From an uncultured Gemmatimonadales bacterium (GTDB taxonomy: Bacteria; Gemmatimonadota; Gemmatimonadetes; Gemmatimonadales; GWC2-71-9): a stretch of DNA of 64,000 nt. The notes under the pieces were generated by a model. That model saw nothing but the letters and a program-made list of their open reading frames with translations. It was not told where the DNA came from and searched no databases. Below are positions 56,248 through 64,000 of the stretch, one piece after another (position 1 is the stretch's first letter; the number at the start of each line of letters is the position of its first letter). Both the position numbers and the translations under genes were made by a program. The stretch covers positions 1 to 64,000 of the forward strand of contig CAWGSK010000007.1 of NCBI GenBank assembly GCA_963825055.1, given 5' to 3'.

Positions 56248-57060
56248 CTAGTAGCGCCGTCCCCGCCGGCGCTCGAGCACGATATCGAAGCCGATGGTGA
56301 TGCTGTAGTTGTGTTTGTACTCGACCTTGTTGGGCGGCTGCGCGCCATCGAGGGGAGTGATGCCGGTGACCGCCTGGATTCCGACGATGTTGTCCCGCGC
56401 CTCGGCGCGGATCTGATAGCCCCGCCCAATTGCGAAGGTCGCCCCGACGCCGATACCGAAAGCGGGGGTGAGCCGCTTGGGCTTCGGGTCGTTATAGACC
56501 ACCACCGTGGATTGCTGGGTCGCGGTGCTGTCACCCAGGAAGTTGCCCTCGACCTGGAGGCTCTTCGCCTGTGTCACGGCGAATCCGGCATGCAGCCGCA
56601 CGTAGGGTGAGACGAACTGCCGGCTCAGGACCCGGTAGATGACGCCGGCCGAGAGCGCGACTGCGGTGCCGGGATCGGTGTTCTGGTCGATACTGTTGCA
56701 GACCTGGGCGTTACGCGAGGAGCCGGATGCGAACTGGAGGTGGCAGTTATCCTCGAAGCCCAGTCCGACGAGCATCGCCTCGCCGGTGAAGCCCACGTGG
56801 TCACCGGGAAAATACGTGCCGTGGAATACCACGCCGATGGTCGAGTGGGTGTTGCGGGTGATGGCCAGCGAGTCCACGAATGGAGTGCCACCCGGCCCGT
56901 CATAGAGCGGCTGGTTCGCCACCGACCAGACATCGACCCCGCCGATGAAGCCGGCGGACAGCCCGAGGCTCAGTCTGGCCTGGTCGGCCGTCTTCTGTGC
57001 GGCGACGGGCGTGGCGATCACAAGAAGAAGCAGTATGAGCGCCAGGCGTCGGTGAACCAT
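56248..57060 (-). CDS. Hypothetical outer-membrane beta-barrel protein
   Basis: Signal peptide; alternating strands (SPYVRLHAG, GIGVGATF, IRAEARD). Confidence 0.7.
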   Translation of the reverse strand: MVHRRLALILLLLVIATPVAAQKTADQARLSLGLSAGFIGGVDVWSVANQPLYDGPGGTPFVDSLAITRNTHSTIGVVFHGTYFPGDHVGFTGEAMLVGLGFEDNCHLQFASGSSRNAQVCNSIDQNTDPGTAVALSAGVIYRVLSRQFVSPYVRLHAGFAVTQAKSLQVEGNFLGDSTATQQSTVVVYNDPKPKRLTPAFGIGVGATFAIGRGYQIRAEARDNIVGIQAVTGITPLDGAQPPNKVEYKHNYSITIGFDIVLERRRGRRY

Positions 57061-57213
57061 GTCTCCCCCTGGGGGTCTGAAGAACGGGCGGGCGTTGATT
57101 GCTGCAAGTTAGCTCTGTCTTCGGGGGACGTCCGTGGCCGCCACTCCTGCACCGCTCAGCCGCCTCCAGTCCTGTCCTGACGGCCGTCGCGCGGGATGGT
57201 GTCAGCCGGCCAC

Positions 57214-57630
57214 TCAGCCGACGAGGGCCTGGTGTTCCACCGCCAGGCACCGGTCCATCACCACCGGGATCCCGGCATCCTCGAGCTTCCGCGCGGAGGC
57301 CTCGTCCACCACGCCCATCTGCAGCCACACCAGGCGGGGGCGCACCTCGAGGATGCCGGGGACCAGTTCCGCCACCGCCTCGGAGCGCCGGAAAACATCC
57401 ACGATGTCCACCGGTCCGGCCTCGCGGGCGGCTGTCATCAGGTCGGGATACACCGGCTCCCCGAGAATCGTGCCGGTGGACGGCCGGACCGGCACGATGC
57501 GGTAGCCCGCGCGCTGGAGATAGGCCGAGACGGAGTGGCTCGGCCGCGAGGCATTCGGACTCAGCCCGATGACGGCGATCGTCCGTGCCTCGCCGAGGAG
57601 GCGCTTCAGTGCGTCAGCCGTCGGCGGCAT
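57214..57630 (-). CDS. CoA-binding protein (YccU-like)
   Basis: IAVIGLS..ASRPS, VDIVDVFR, WLQMG, MDRC. Confidence 0.9.
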   Translation of the reverse strand: MPPTADALKRLLGEARTIAVIGLSPNASRPSHSVSAYLQRAGYRIVPVRPSTGTILGEPVYPDLMTAAREAGPVDIVDVFRRSEAVAELVPGILEVRPRLVWLQMGVVDEASARKLEDAGIPVVMDRCLAVEHQALVG

Positions 57631-58397
57631 CAGTTCCCGGTGTGCCGCTGCGGGTGGCCGCTCACCGCCCGCCCCACCAGGGTCATGCCGCTGCGAAGGG
57701 CGATCTCCACCGCGAGGGTGCTGGGAACCGATGGCGTCGCCACCCAGTTGATCCCGGCGCGGGAGCCCTTGAACGCCAGCTCTGCGGAGATGCGGCCGGT
57801 CACCAGGAGGCCGAGTCCTGCCACCGGCTGCCGCGCAAGGAGCGCCGCCCCGATGACCTTGTCCACGGCGTTGTGGCGGCCGATGTCCTCCGCATGGAAC
57901 CGCAGCCCGTCATCCCCCACCAGGGCCGCGGCGTGAATGCCTCCCGTATCCCGGTACCGCTGGCCCATGCTGAACATCTCCTTGAAGAGCGCGCGCATAC
58001 GCTCCAGGTCCGGTACCGCCCCGCGAAGCGGCATCCGTACCGCGGTGGCCGGGTCTGCCAGGAACGTGGACACGGCGCCGCAGCCCGAAGCCAGCACGGG
58101 GCGCCGCTGCTCGGCTGCCACACTGGCGACGCGGTCCTCACTGACCGTAGCCCAGAAGCCGAGGTCGGTCGCGCAGGGCCGGAGGCGGACTTCGTCCATC
58201 GTGTCGATGAAGCCCTCGCCGTGGAGCCACCCGATGGCGAGTTCTTCGAGCAAGTCGGGGGTGCACATCCAGGTGACGGCCTGGCGTCCGTTGATTTCCA
58301 GCCAGACCGGGACTTCCTCGACGGCGGCCGCGTCGTCGCGCATGCGCCCGCCCCGCTTGGGTACCCTGACCGGCCCGTTATCCGGTGCAGTCGGCAT
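57630..58397 (-). CDS. fdhD: Formate dehydrogenase accessory sulfurtransferase
   Basis: MCTP, SGCG, TGGIHAAA, EDIGRHNAVDK, GRISAE; start 58397 or 58343. Confidence 0.9.
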   Translation of the reverse strand: MPTAPDNGPVRVPKRGGRMRDDAAAVEEVPVWLEINGRQAVTWMCTPDLLEELAIGWLHGEGFIDTMDEVRLRPCATDLGFWATVSEDRVASVAAEQRRPVLASGCGAVSTFLADPATAVRMPLRGAVPDLERMRALFKEMFSMGQRYRDTGGIHAAALVGDDGLRFHAEDIGRHNAVDKVIGAALLARQPVAGLGLLVTGRISAELAFKGSRAGINWVATPSVPSTLAVEIALRSGMTLVGRAVSGHPQRHTGN

Positions 58398-58785
58398 ACA
58401 GTGTCGGGTCCTCCGCGATCCGGACCCGCTCCAGGGATACGCCCACGGGCAGCCGGGCCGCCACACGCGCGAAGATCCACGCGGCTATCGCTTCGCAGGT
58501 GGCGGGAGGCTGGTGATCCTCGAACGTCACGCGCTCGTTCAGGATCTGGCCGGCGAGCGGATGGAGGACTTCCTCCTCCAGGATACGGTCCAGGAGAACG
58601 AGGTCCATCACCATGCCGGAATCGGGATCGAGCCGGCCGCCCACGGTGATGAGGCAGGTGTAGTCGTGCGGGTGGTAGTCGGCCAGCGGACCGAACGTTT
58701 CGCGGTTCCGTGCCTCCGGCCAGTCGGCCCGGTACATCCGGTGCCGGGCGGGAAAGCGGACGGTGCGGGTGAGCGAAACCGGCAT
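58378..58785 (-). CDS. 6-pyruvoyltetrahydropterin synthase/QueD-family protein (atypical)
   Basis: F.ARHR, HPHDY, GMVMD, TCEAIA, RIAED. Confidence 0.82.
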   Translation of the reverse strand: MPVSLTRTVRFPARHRMYRADWPEARNRETFGPLADYHPHDYTCLITVGGRLDPDSGMVMDLVLLDRILEEEVLHPLAGQILNERVTFEDHQPPATCEAIAAWIFARVAARLPVGVSLERVRIAEDPTLYADCTG

Positions 58786-58814
58786 GGCCCTGCCATGCGC
58801 CCGCGGGGCGCGGA

Positions 58815-59516
58815 TCAGAAGGAGTAGGAGATTCCGGCCATCAGCCAGGTCGCGGACGTCCATTGCTGGAGCTTGCGGTCCTGGAGTACCGCGTTGGATT
58901 CCGTCGTCCCGGGATCCAGCGCGGGCTCGTCGGTATAGGCCACGGGATAGGTCAGCTTCCAGAAAGTCTGACGCGCCTCGAGCCGCACGTGGAAGCGCTG
59001 GGAGAGGAATATCCGCGTGCCGATACCCGGCGACAGCTGGCCCTTGGTGCCGAGGTTGAATCCACTGGTGTCCGCCGGGGTTCGTTTCGCGATGACGAGT
59101 CCACCGGCCGCATTGACGAAGGGCGCGAGCCGGTGCCAGGTCTTGCCGCCCGTGAGGTTGAGCTGGAAGCCGACCTCGGCCAGTGTCACCTTCTGGTCGA
59201 CCGGACCGGTCACGCGGGTGGCCACCGGCGCGTCGGCATCCACGATCAGGCGGTCGAACGTGCCGCTGTGCACGGCGAAGCCGGCTTCGATGGTGCCGCT
59301 CAGGCGCAGCGCGATTCGCGCGCCGTAGGTGGTGCCGTGGTGGGGCCCGATGCCGAGCCTGCCGCCGTCGCCGCCGAACGAGCCGATCATCGGCGTGATG
59401 GCCTTGCCGTAGGTGATGTCGCGGAACGGCGAATGCGCCGGCGCGTGTCCGACCTGCGCGGCGAGGCCCGAGGCGGTGACGAGGACGAGGACGGGAAGAA
59501 TCGTGATGCGTTTCAT
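58815..59516 (-). CDS. Hypothetical outer-membrane beta-barrel protein
   Basis: Signal peptide MKRITILP…; terminal beta-signal AGISYSF. Confidence 0.75.
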   Translation of the reverse strand: MKRITILPVLVLVTASGLAAQVGHAPAHSPFRDITYGKAITPMIGSFGGDGGRLGIGPHHGTTYGARIALRLSGTIEAGFAVHSGTFDRLIVDADAPVATRVTGPVDQKVTLAEVGFQLNLTGGKTWHRLAPFVNAAGGLVIAKRTPADTSGFNLGTKGQLSPGIGTRIFLSQRFHVRLEARQTFWKLTYPVAYTDEPALDPGTTESNAVLQDRKLQQWTSATWLMAGISYSF

Positions 59517-61075
59517 GAGTCCTGGAGGTCGCGGAGGTCCCGGCCGGTCATCTCCGGGGGCGGTTCGATCCCGAGCAGCCTGAGGATGGTCGGGCCGACG
59601 TCGCGCAGGCTCCCGCCGCTGCGGAGCGACGGCGCCCCGATGTTGACCCCGACGAGCGGAACCGGGTTGGTGGTGTGTGCCGTGTGTGGCCCCCCGGTCT
59701 CGGGGTCCACCATCACTTCGCAGTTGCCGTGGTCGGCCGTGATGACGACGGCAGCGCTGCTGCGCTCGGCGCTCTTCAGCACCCGCGCCAGGCACTGGTC
59801 GACCGTCTCCACGGCACGGATGATTGCGGCGGGCACGCCCGTATGGCCGACCATGTCCGCGTTCGCATAGTTGCAGAGGATGAAGTCGTGCGCCCGGCGC
59901 TCGATCCCTTCGCAGAGGCGGTCGGTGACTCCGGCCGCGCTCATCTCGGGCGCCAGGTCATACGTGGCCACCCGCGGCGACGGGACGAGGACACGCTCCT
60001 CGCCACGGTACGGCGTCTCGTTGCCGCCGTTGAAGAAGTACGTCACGTGCGGGTACTTCTCCGTCTCGGCGGTGCGGAGCTGCGACCGCCCCGCGTCGGC
60101 CAGGACTTCCGCCACGATCCGCGAGAGCGAAAAGGGCGGGAAGAGGACCGGGAGGTCGAACTGCTGGTCGTAGCGGGTGAGGGTTGCCATCGTCAGCTGC
60201 GGCCGGTCCGGCACCTCGAATCCGTCGAATCCGTCCACCATCAGCGCGCGCACGATCTGGCGCATGCGATCGCTGCGGAAGTTGAAGCAGAGGACCGCGT
60301 CCCCGTCGCGCAGGAGGGCCACCGGCTCCCCGTCGCGCTGCACCACGAGCGGCCGGACGAACTCGTCGGTTTCGCCGCGGTCATAGGCCGCGCGGACGCC
60401 TTCCACCGGATTGGTGACGGCATGGCCGGCGCCGTGGACCATGGCTTCATAGGCCAGGCGGGTCCGTTCCCAGCGCTGGTCGCGGTCCATGGCGTAGTAA
60501 CGACCGGTCAGGGTGGCGATCGTGGCGCGTTCCCCGGCGATGGACCGCAGGTCGTCAACAAGCCGGGCGACCACCCGTTCCCCCGAAGTGGGCGGCGAGT
60601 CCCGCCCGTCCAGGAAGCCCTGGATGGCGATTCGCCGGATCCCGGCCGCCGCCGCCCATTCGACGCATCCGAGCAGGTGCTGGTCCAGCGCGTGCACGCC
60701 GCCAGAACCCAGGAGGCCCATCAGGTGCAGGGCTCCGCCGGTGCGCTTGAGATGGGTGGCAATGTTCCGGAGGGGCTCGAGCGCGGCGAAGCTTCCGTCC
60801 GCCATGCTCTCGGAGATGCGGACCATGTCCTGTGCCACGACCCGTCCGGCCCCGAGGTTCAGGTGCCCGACCTCACTGTTGCCCATCTGGCCCGGTGGAA
60901 GGCCGACGGCCCGGCCGCTCGCCTCGAGCAGGGTGCGCGGAGCCGATTGCCATAGCCCGTTCCAGACGGGCGCGTCGGCCAGGGCGATCGCGTTGTGTTC
61001 CCGCTCGGCGCGATACCCCCACCCATCCAGGACCACCAGTACGACGGGGCCCTGGTGGCGCGACGTGTTTGACAT
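59513..61075 (-). CDS. gpmI: 2,3-BPG-independent phosphoglycerate mutase
   Basis: LDGWG, GQMGNSEVGH, GRYYAMDRD, NFRSDR, AETEKY.HVT, ADHGN. Confidence 0.96.
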   Translation of the reverse strand: MSNTSRHQGPVVLVVLDGWGYRAEREHNAIALADAPVWNGLWQSAPRTLLEASGRAVGLPPGQMGNSEVGHLNLGAGRVVAQDMVRISESMADGSFAALEPLRNIATHLKRTGGALHLMGLLGSGGVHALDQHLLGCVEWAAAAGIRRIAIQGFLDGRDSPPTSGERVVARLVDDLRSIAGERATIATLTGRYYAMDRDQRWERTRLAYEAMVHGAGHAVTNPVEGVRAAYDRGETDEFVRPLVVQRDGEPVALLRDGDAVLCFNFRSDRMRQIVRALMVDGFDGFEVPDRPQLTMATLTRYDQQFDLPVLFPPFSLSRIVAEVLADAGRSQLRTAETEKYPHVTYFFNGGNETPYRGEERVLVPSPRVATYDLAPEMSAAGVTDRLCEGIERRAHDFILCNYANADMVGHTGVPAAIIRAVETVDQCLARVLKSAERSSAAVVITADHGNCEVMVDPETGGPHTAHTTNPVPLVGVNIGAPSLRSGGSLRDVGPTILRLLGIEPPPEMTGRDLRDLQDS

Positions 61076-61105
61076 GGCTCTCCGCGGTTTCTACAATGCG
61101 ACACC

Positions 61106-62152
61106 GTGAGTTACGCGCCGCAATCTAGCCCCGCCCGGGGTCGCCTACCAGCCTGTCTGCCGGCCGTGCTCCTGCTTGCCGCAGCCATCGCAGCCGTCCC
61201 GCTGCACGCCCAGACTCACACGACGGTGGCCCGCGAAGCGGAGTTCCGCAAGGAGCCCTCGGATGTCGTGCTGGGCTCGATCCTGCCGGGCACGCGCGTC
61301 ATTCTCGGGCGGACGAGCGGCGACTGGATCGAGGCCCGGCTGGCCGGCTGGATCTACACGCCCTCGACCAGCGCGGACCGGCGCGAGGGGTTTGATGTCT
61401 CAGTCTCGGCCCGCCCGACGGAGAACCTCCGCGCCGAGCCCAACGGGACCATCCTGGCGAAGCTCGTCACTGGTGCCCTGCTGAGCCGGGACGGCAAGCG
61501 AGGAGCGTGGACCCAGGTCCACCGCACCGGCTGGATTCCCCGCAGTGCGGTCGGGAGGGGCGCCCCATCAGCGGCGCGTGACACGGCCCGGGCCGGGAGC
61601 CCCTCACGGGCCGATACCGCTCTCGGTCCGGCTCCCCGGGCGGGCGCGCTCGACCGGGCACAGATGGCGAAGGCCGGCGCGATCCTGACGGAGCCGGGTG
61701 GCGAGACCGTCGCCACGGTCGGGCAGGGCACGCCGGTCCGGGTCCGAACGACCGCTGACGGATGGGCCAGGGTGCAGGTGGAGGGCTGGATGCGGGTGGA
61801 GGACCTGGAGACCGTGCCGGACAGCACGGTCCTGGCAGGAGTCACCGCCGCGGAGGTCCGGGCTGAGCCGGACAGGTACGAGGGACGCACGCTGCAGTGG
61901 CGAGTCCAGTTCCTTGCGCTTCAGCGGGCCGATGAACTCCGCCCCGAGATCCCGTCGGGACAGCCCTACCTGCTTACCCGCGGGCCGCTGCCGGAAGCGG
62001 GGTTCGTCTACATTCAGGTTTCGCCGGCGCAGGTGGAGCAGTTCCGCGCCCTCGCGCCACTGGCCGAACTCACCGTCCGGGGGAGGCTCAAGTCCGCGGT
62101 TACCCGATATCTGCCGAACCCGGTGCTGGTGCTGGAGTCGATTGTGCCATGA
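61106..62152 (+). CDS. Secreted protein with repeated SH3b-like domains
   Basis: Signal peptide; three repeats of R.EP…W..V…GW. Confidence 0.75.
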   Translation: MSYAPQSSPARGRLPACLPAVLLLAAAIAAVPLHAQTHTTVAREAEFRKEPSDVVLGSILPGTRVILGRTSGDWIEARLAGWIYTPSTSADRREGFDVSVSARPTENLRAEPNGTILAKLVTGALLSRDGKRGAWTQVHRTGWIPRSAVGRGAPSAARDTARAGSPSRADTALGPAPRAGALDRAQMAKAGAILTEPGGETVATVGQGTPVRVRTTADGWARVQVEGWMRVEDLETVPDSTVLAGVTAAEVRAEPDRYEGRTLQWRVQFLALQRADELRPEIPSGQPYLLTRGPLPEAGFVYIQVSPAQVEQFRALAPLAELTVRGRLKSAVTRYLPNPVLVLESIVP

Positions 62153-62170
62153 GACCGTTCGTCCCAGCTT

Positions 62171-62218
62171 CTGACCGCCTGACCGCCTGACCGCCTGACC
62201 GCCTGACCGCCTGACCGC
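62171..62218. repeat. Octamer tandem repeat (CTGACCGC)x6
   Basis: Read directly. Confidence 0.92.
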
Positions 62219-62321
62219 CCTGATCTCGACCGCCCGCTTCCCGTATAAACACCGAACCGACCACCCCCGCTGGCCCTGAGGGCATGGAAATCAATAGATT
62301 CAGGGTCACACTGGAGGGGGA

Positions 62322-62678
62322 ATGAACGACCTGCTCAAGCAACGCATCCTCAGGCGGCTGGAAGCCCTCGGCGACGAGCGGGGCTACCAGATCCTCGATT
62401 ATATCGAGTTCCTGGAGAGCAAGTACGCCGAGCGCGCCGCGCCGGGGAACCTCTTTGCCAAGCTCACCGAGACGGTCGAGGACACGATGCGGGCCGGGAA
62501 GATTCCGGTCCAGGCCATCAGCGGCACGCTCGGCCTGATGGACAGCGCGGGCAAGCTCATGAAGGGCCTGAGTGCGGCGGGTCGTGCCGTCGTGGAAGAG
62601 GCTGTCCGGGTGGCAGAAGGCCCCGCGGCGGAGACGCCCGCGCCGCCGGTCAGGAAAGATGCCCGCGGGGCGTCTTGA
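62322..62678 (+). CDS. Hypothetical protein (DUF2281-like N-terminus)
   Basis: [20 protein letters not shown]. Confidence 0.72.
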   Translation: MNDLLKQRILRRLEALGDERGYQILDYIEFLESKYAERAAPGNLFAKLTETVEDTMRAGKIPVQAISGTLGLMDSAGKLMKGLSAAGRAVVEEAVRVAEGPAAETPAPPVRKDARGAS

Positions 62679-62703
62679 TTTCAGCGGTTCCCGCCCCTAC
62701 GAT
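62675..62703 (+). promoter_or_regulatory. Sigma70-like promoter of guaB
   Basis: TTGATT-17 nt-TACGAT. Confidence 0.6.
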
Positions 62704-62728
62704 TGGGGATGGAGACCGTGAAACTCGC

Positions 62729-62780
62729 CGGCCCGCCGCCAGACCTGATGCGTCAGCGGTGGGCCGTCCTGCATCAGGAG
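62729..62780 (+). ncRNA. Candidate pseudoknotted 5' leader of guaB
   Basis: 11-bp stem 62729-62739/62756-62766; loop CCTGATGC pairs with GCATCAGG over the SD. Confidence 0.4.
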
Positions 62781-62791
62781 CAGTCCCGGCA

Positions 62792-64000
62792 ATGAGCACC
62801 ATCCGTCCCGAGGTCGCGCTGACCTTCGATGACGTCCTTCTCGTCCCGCGCCACTCCACCGTCCACCCCCGCCTGGTCAGCGTCGCGAGCCGCCTGACCC
62901 GCGCCATCCTGCTGAACGTCCCGTTCGTCTCCGCCGCCATGGATACCGTCACCGAGGCCGACATGGCCATGGCGATGGCACGGGCCGGCGGCATCGGTGT
63001 GCTGCACAAGAACATGACGATCGAGCGTCAGGCTGCCGAGGTGGACCGCGTGAAGCGGAGCGAGAGCGGGATGATCATGAATCCCATCACGCTTGGCCCG
63101 GAGCGTCCGGTGCGGGAGGCCAGCACGCTGATGCGGCGCTTCAGCATCTCGGGCGTCCCCATCGTGGACGGGACCGGCCGGCTGGTCGGCATCATCACCA
63201 ACCGCGACCTCCAGTTCGAGCGGAACCTCGACCAGCCGATCCGCGAGGCGATGACCCGGGAAAACCTGGTTACCGCGCCGGTCGGCACCACGCTGGAGGA
63301 GGCGGAGGCGATCCTTGCCCGCCATCGCATCGAGAAGCTGCCGGTGGTGGACGCCGGGCAGGTGCTGAAAGGCCTGATCACCGTCAAGGACATCTTCAAG
63401 CGCCGGGCCCATCCGGACGCGAACAAGGACCAGCATGGGCGTCTCCGGGTCGCCGCGGCGGTCGGGGCCACCCCGGACATCCTGGCGCGCTCCCGCGCGC
63501 TGGTGGAATCCGGGGTCGACGTCATCGTGGTGGACAGCGCCCATGGCCACAGCGCCGGAGTGCTGGATTCGGTCGAATCCCTCCGGCAGACGTTCCCCGA
63601 CGTCCAGCTCATCGCCGGCAATGTTGCCACGGAGGCGGGAGCAAGGGCGCTGGCGGAACGCGGCGTGGATGCGATCAAGGTCGGCGTCGGGCCCGGCAGC
63701 ATCTGCACCACACGTGTCGTCACGGGAGTCGGGATGCCGCAGGTGACCGCCATCATGCACGCGGTGCGTGGCGCGGGCGACGTTCCCGTCATCGCCGACG
63801 GCGGCATCAAGTACTCGGGCGACGCCGTGAAGGCCCTCGCCGCCGGGGCCTCGGCGGTGATGATGGGCGCCATGCTGGCGGGCACGGAGGAGAGCCCCGG
63901 CGAGTCGGTCCTCGCGGAGGGTCGCCGCTTCAAGGTGATCCGGGGAATGGGCAGCCTGTCGGCAATGCAGGACGGCTCCGCCGACCGCTACTTCCAGCAG
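62792..64000 (+). CDS. guaB: IMP dehydrogenase (runs off the window end)
   Basis: Not in the ORF track; translated by hand: [23 protein letters not shown] pair, [31 protein letters not shown]. Confidence 0.96.
   Translation, partial: MSTIRPEVALTFDDVLLVPRHSTVHPRLVSVASRLTRAILLNVPFVSAAMDTVTEADMAMAMARAGGIGVLHKNMTIERQAAEVDRVKRSESGMIMNPITLGPERPVREASTLMRRFSISGVPIVDGTGRLVGIITNRDLQFERNLDQPIREAMTRENLVTAPVGTTLEEAEAILARHRIEKLPVVDAGQVLKGLITVKDIFKRRAHPDANKDQHGRLRVAAAVGATPDILARSRALVESGVDVIVVDSAHGHSAGVLDSVESLRQTFPDVQLIAGNVATEAGARALAERGVDAIKVGVGPGSICTTRVVTGVGMPQVTAIMHAVRGAGDVPVIADGGIKYSGDAVKALAAGASAVMMGAMLAGTEESPGESVLAEGRRFKVIRGMGSLSAMQDGSADRYFQQ

Noticed and set aside
62774..63933. Minus-strand 328-aa and 301-aa ORFs
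   Set aside because: They are antisense shadows of guaB, which is missing from the ORF track only because it has no stop in the window.

Overview
High-GC bacterial chromosomal segment. Gene content and intergenic repeats suggest Gemmatimonadota; this is an inference, as no rRNA marker is present. It is mostly core or housekeeping: a PQQ alcohol/methanol dehydrogenase with cytochrome c, a TetR-TolC-HlyD-ABC exporter, moxR, the F0 half of the ATP synthase operon, an M1 peptidase-ferredoxin-cupin-nucleotidyltransferase-LeuA-like-DUF885 cluster, an IDH-family-to-ETF-nadC operon, ETF-QO, a GGDEF protein, htpX-TerC-MFS, Moco genes (moeA, mobB, mobA, fdhD) with a PTPS homologue, gpmI and the 5' part of guaB. 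No tRNA, rRNA, CRISPR or transposase was seen. Main points of interest: (1) a 5,637-bp tandem duplication (6291-11927 / 11928-17564) with about 35 substitutions and chimeric genes at the junction; (2) a recurring intergenic module of palindromic element plus strand-biased 7/8-mer tandem repeats, one of which sits in frame inside a permease; (3) a Rex-box-like palindrome over the atp promoter; (4) candidate structured RNAs before guaB (SD-sequestering pseudoknot), before atpE and before htpX; (5) a lanthanide-type DYD motif in the PQQ dehydrogenase; (6) a frameshifted GNAT and a probable CTG-initiated lipoprotein. All calls come from reading the sequence and the ORF track; no database searches were run.
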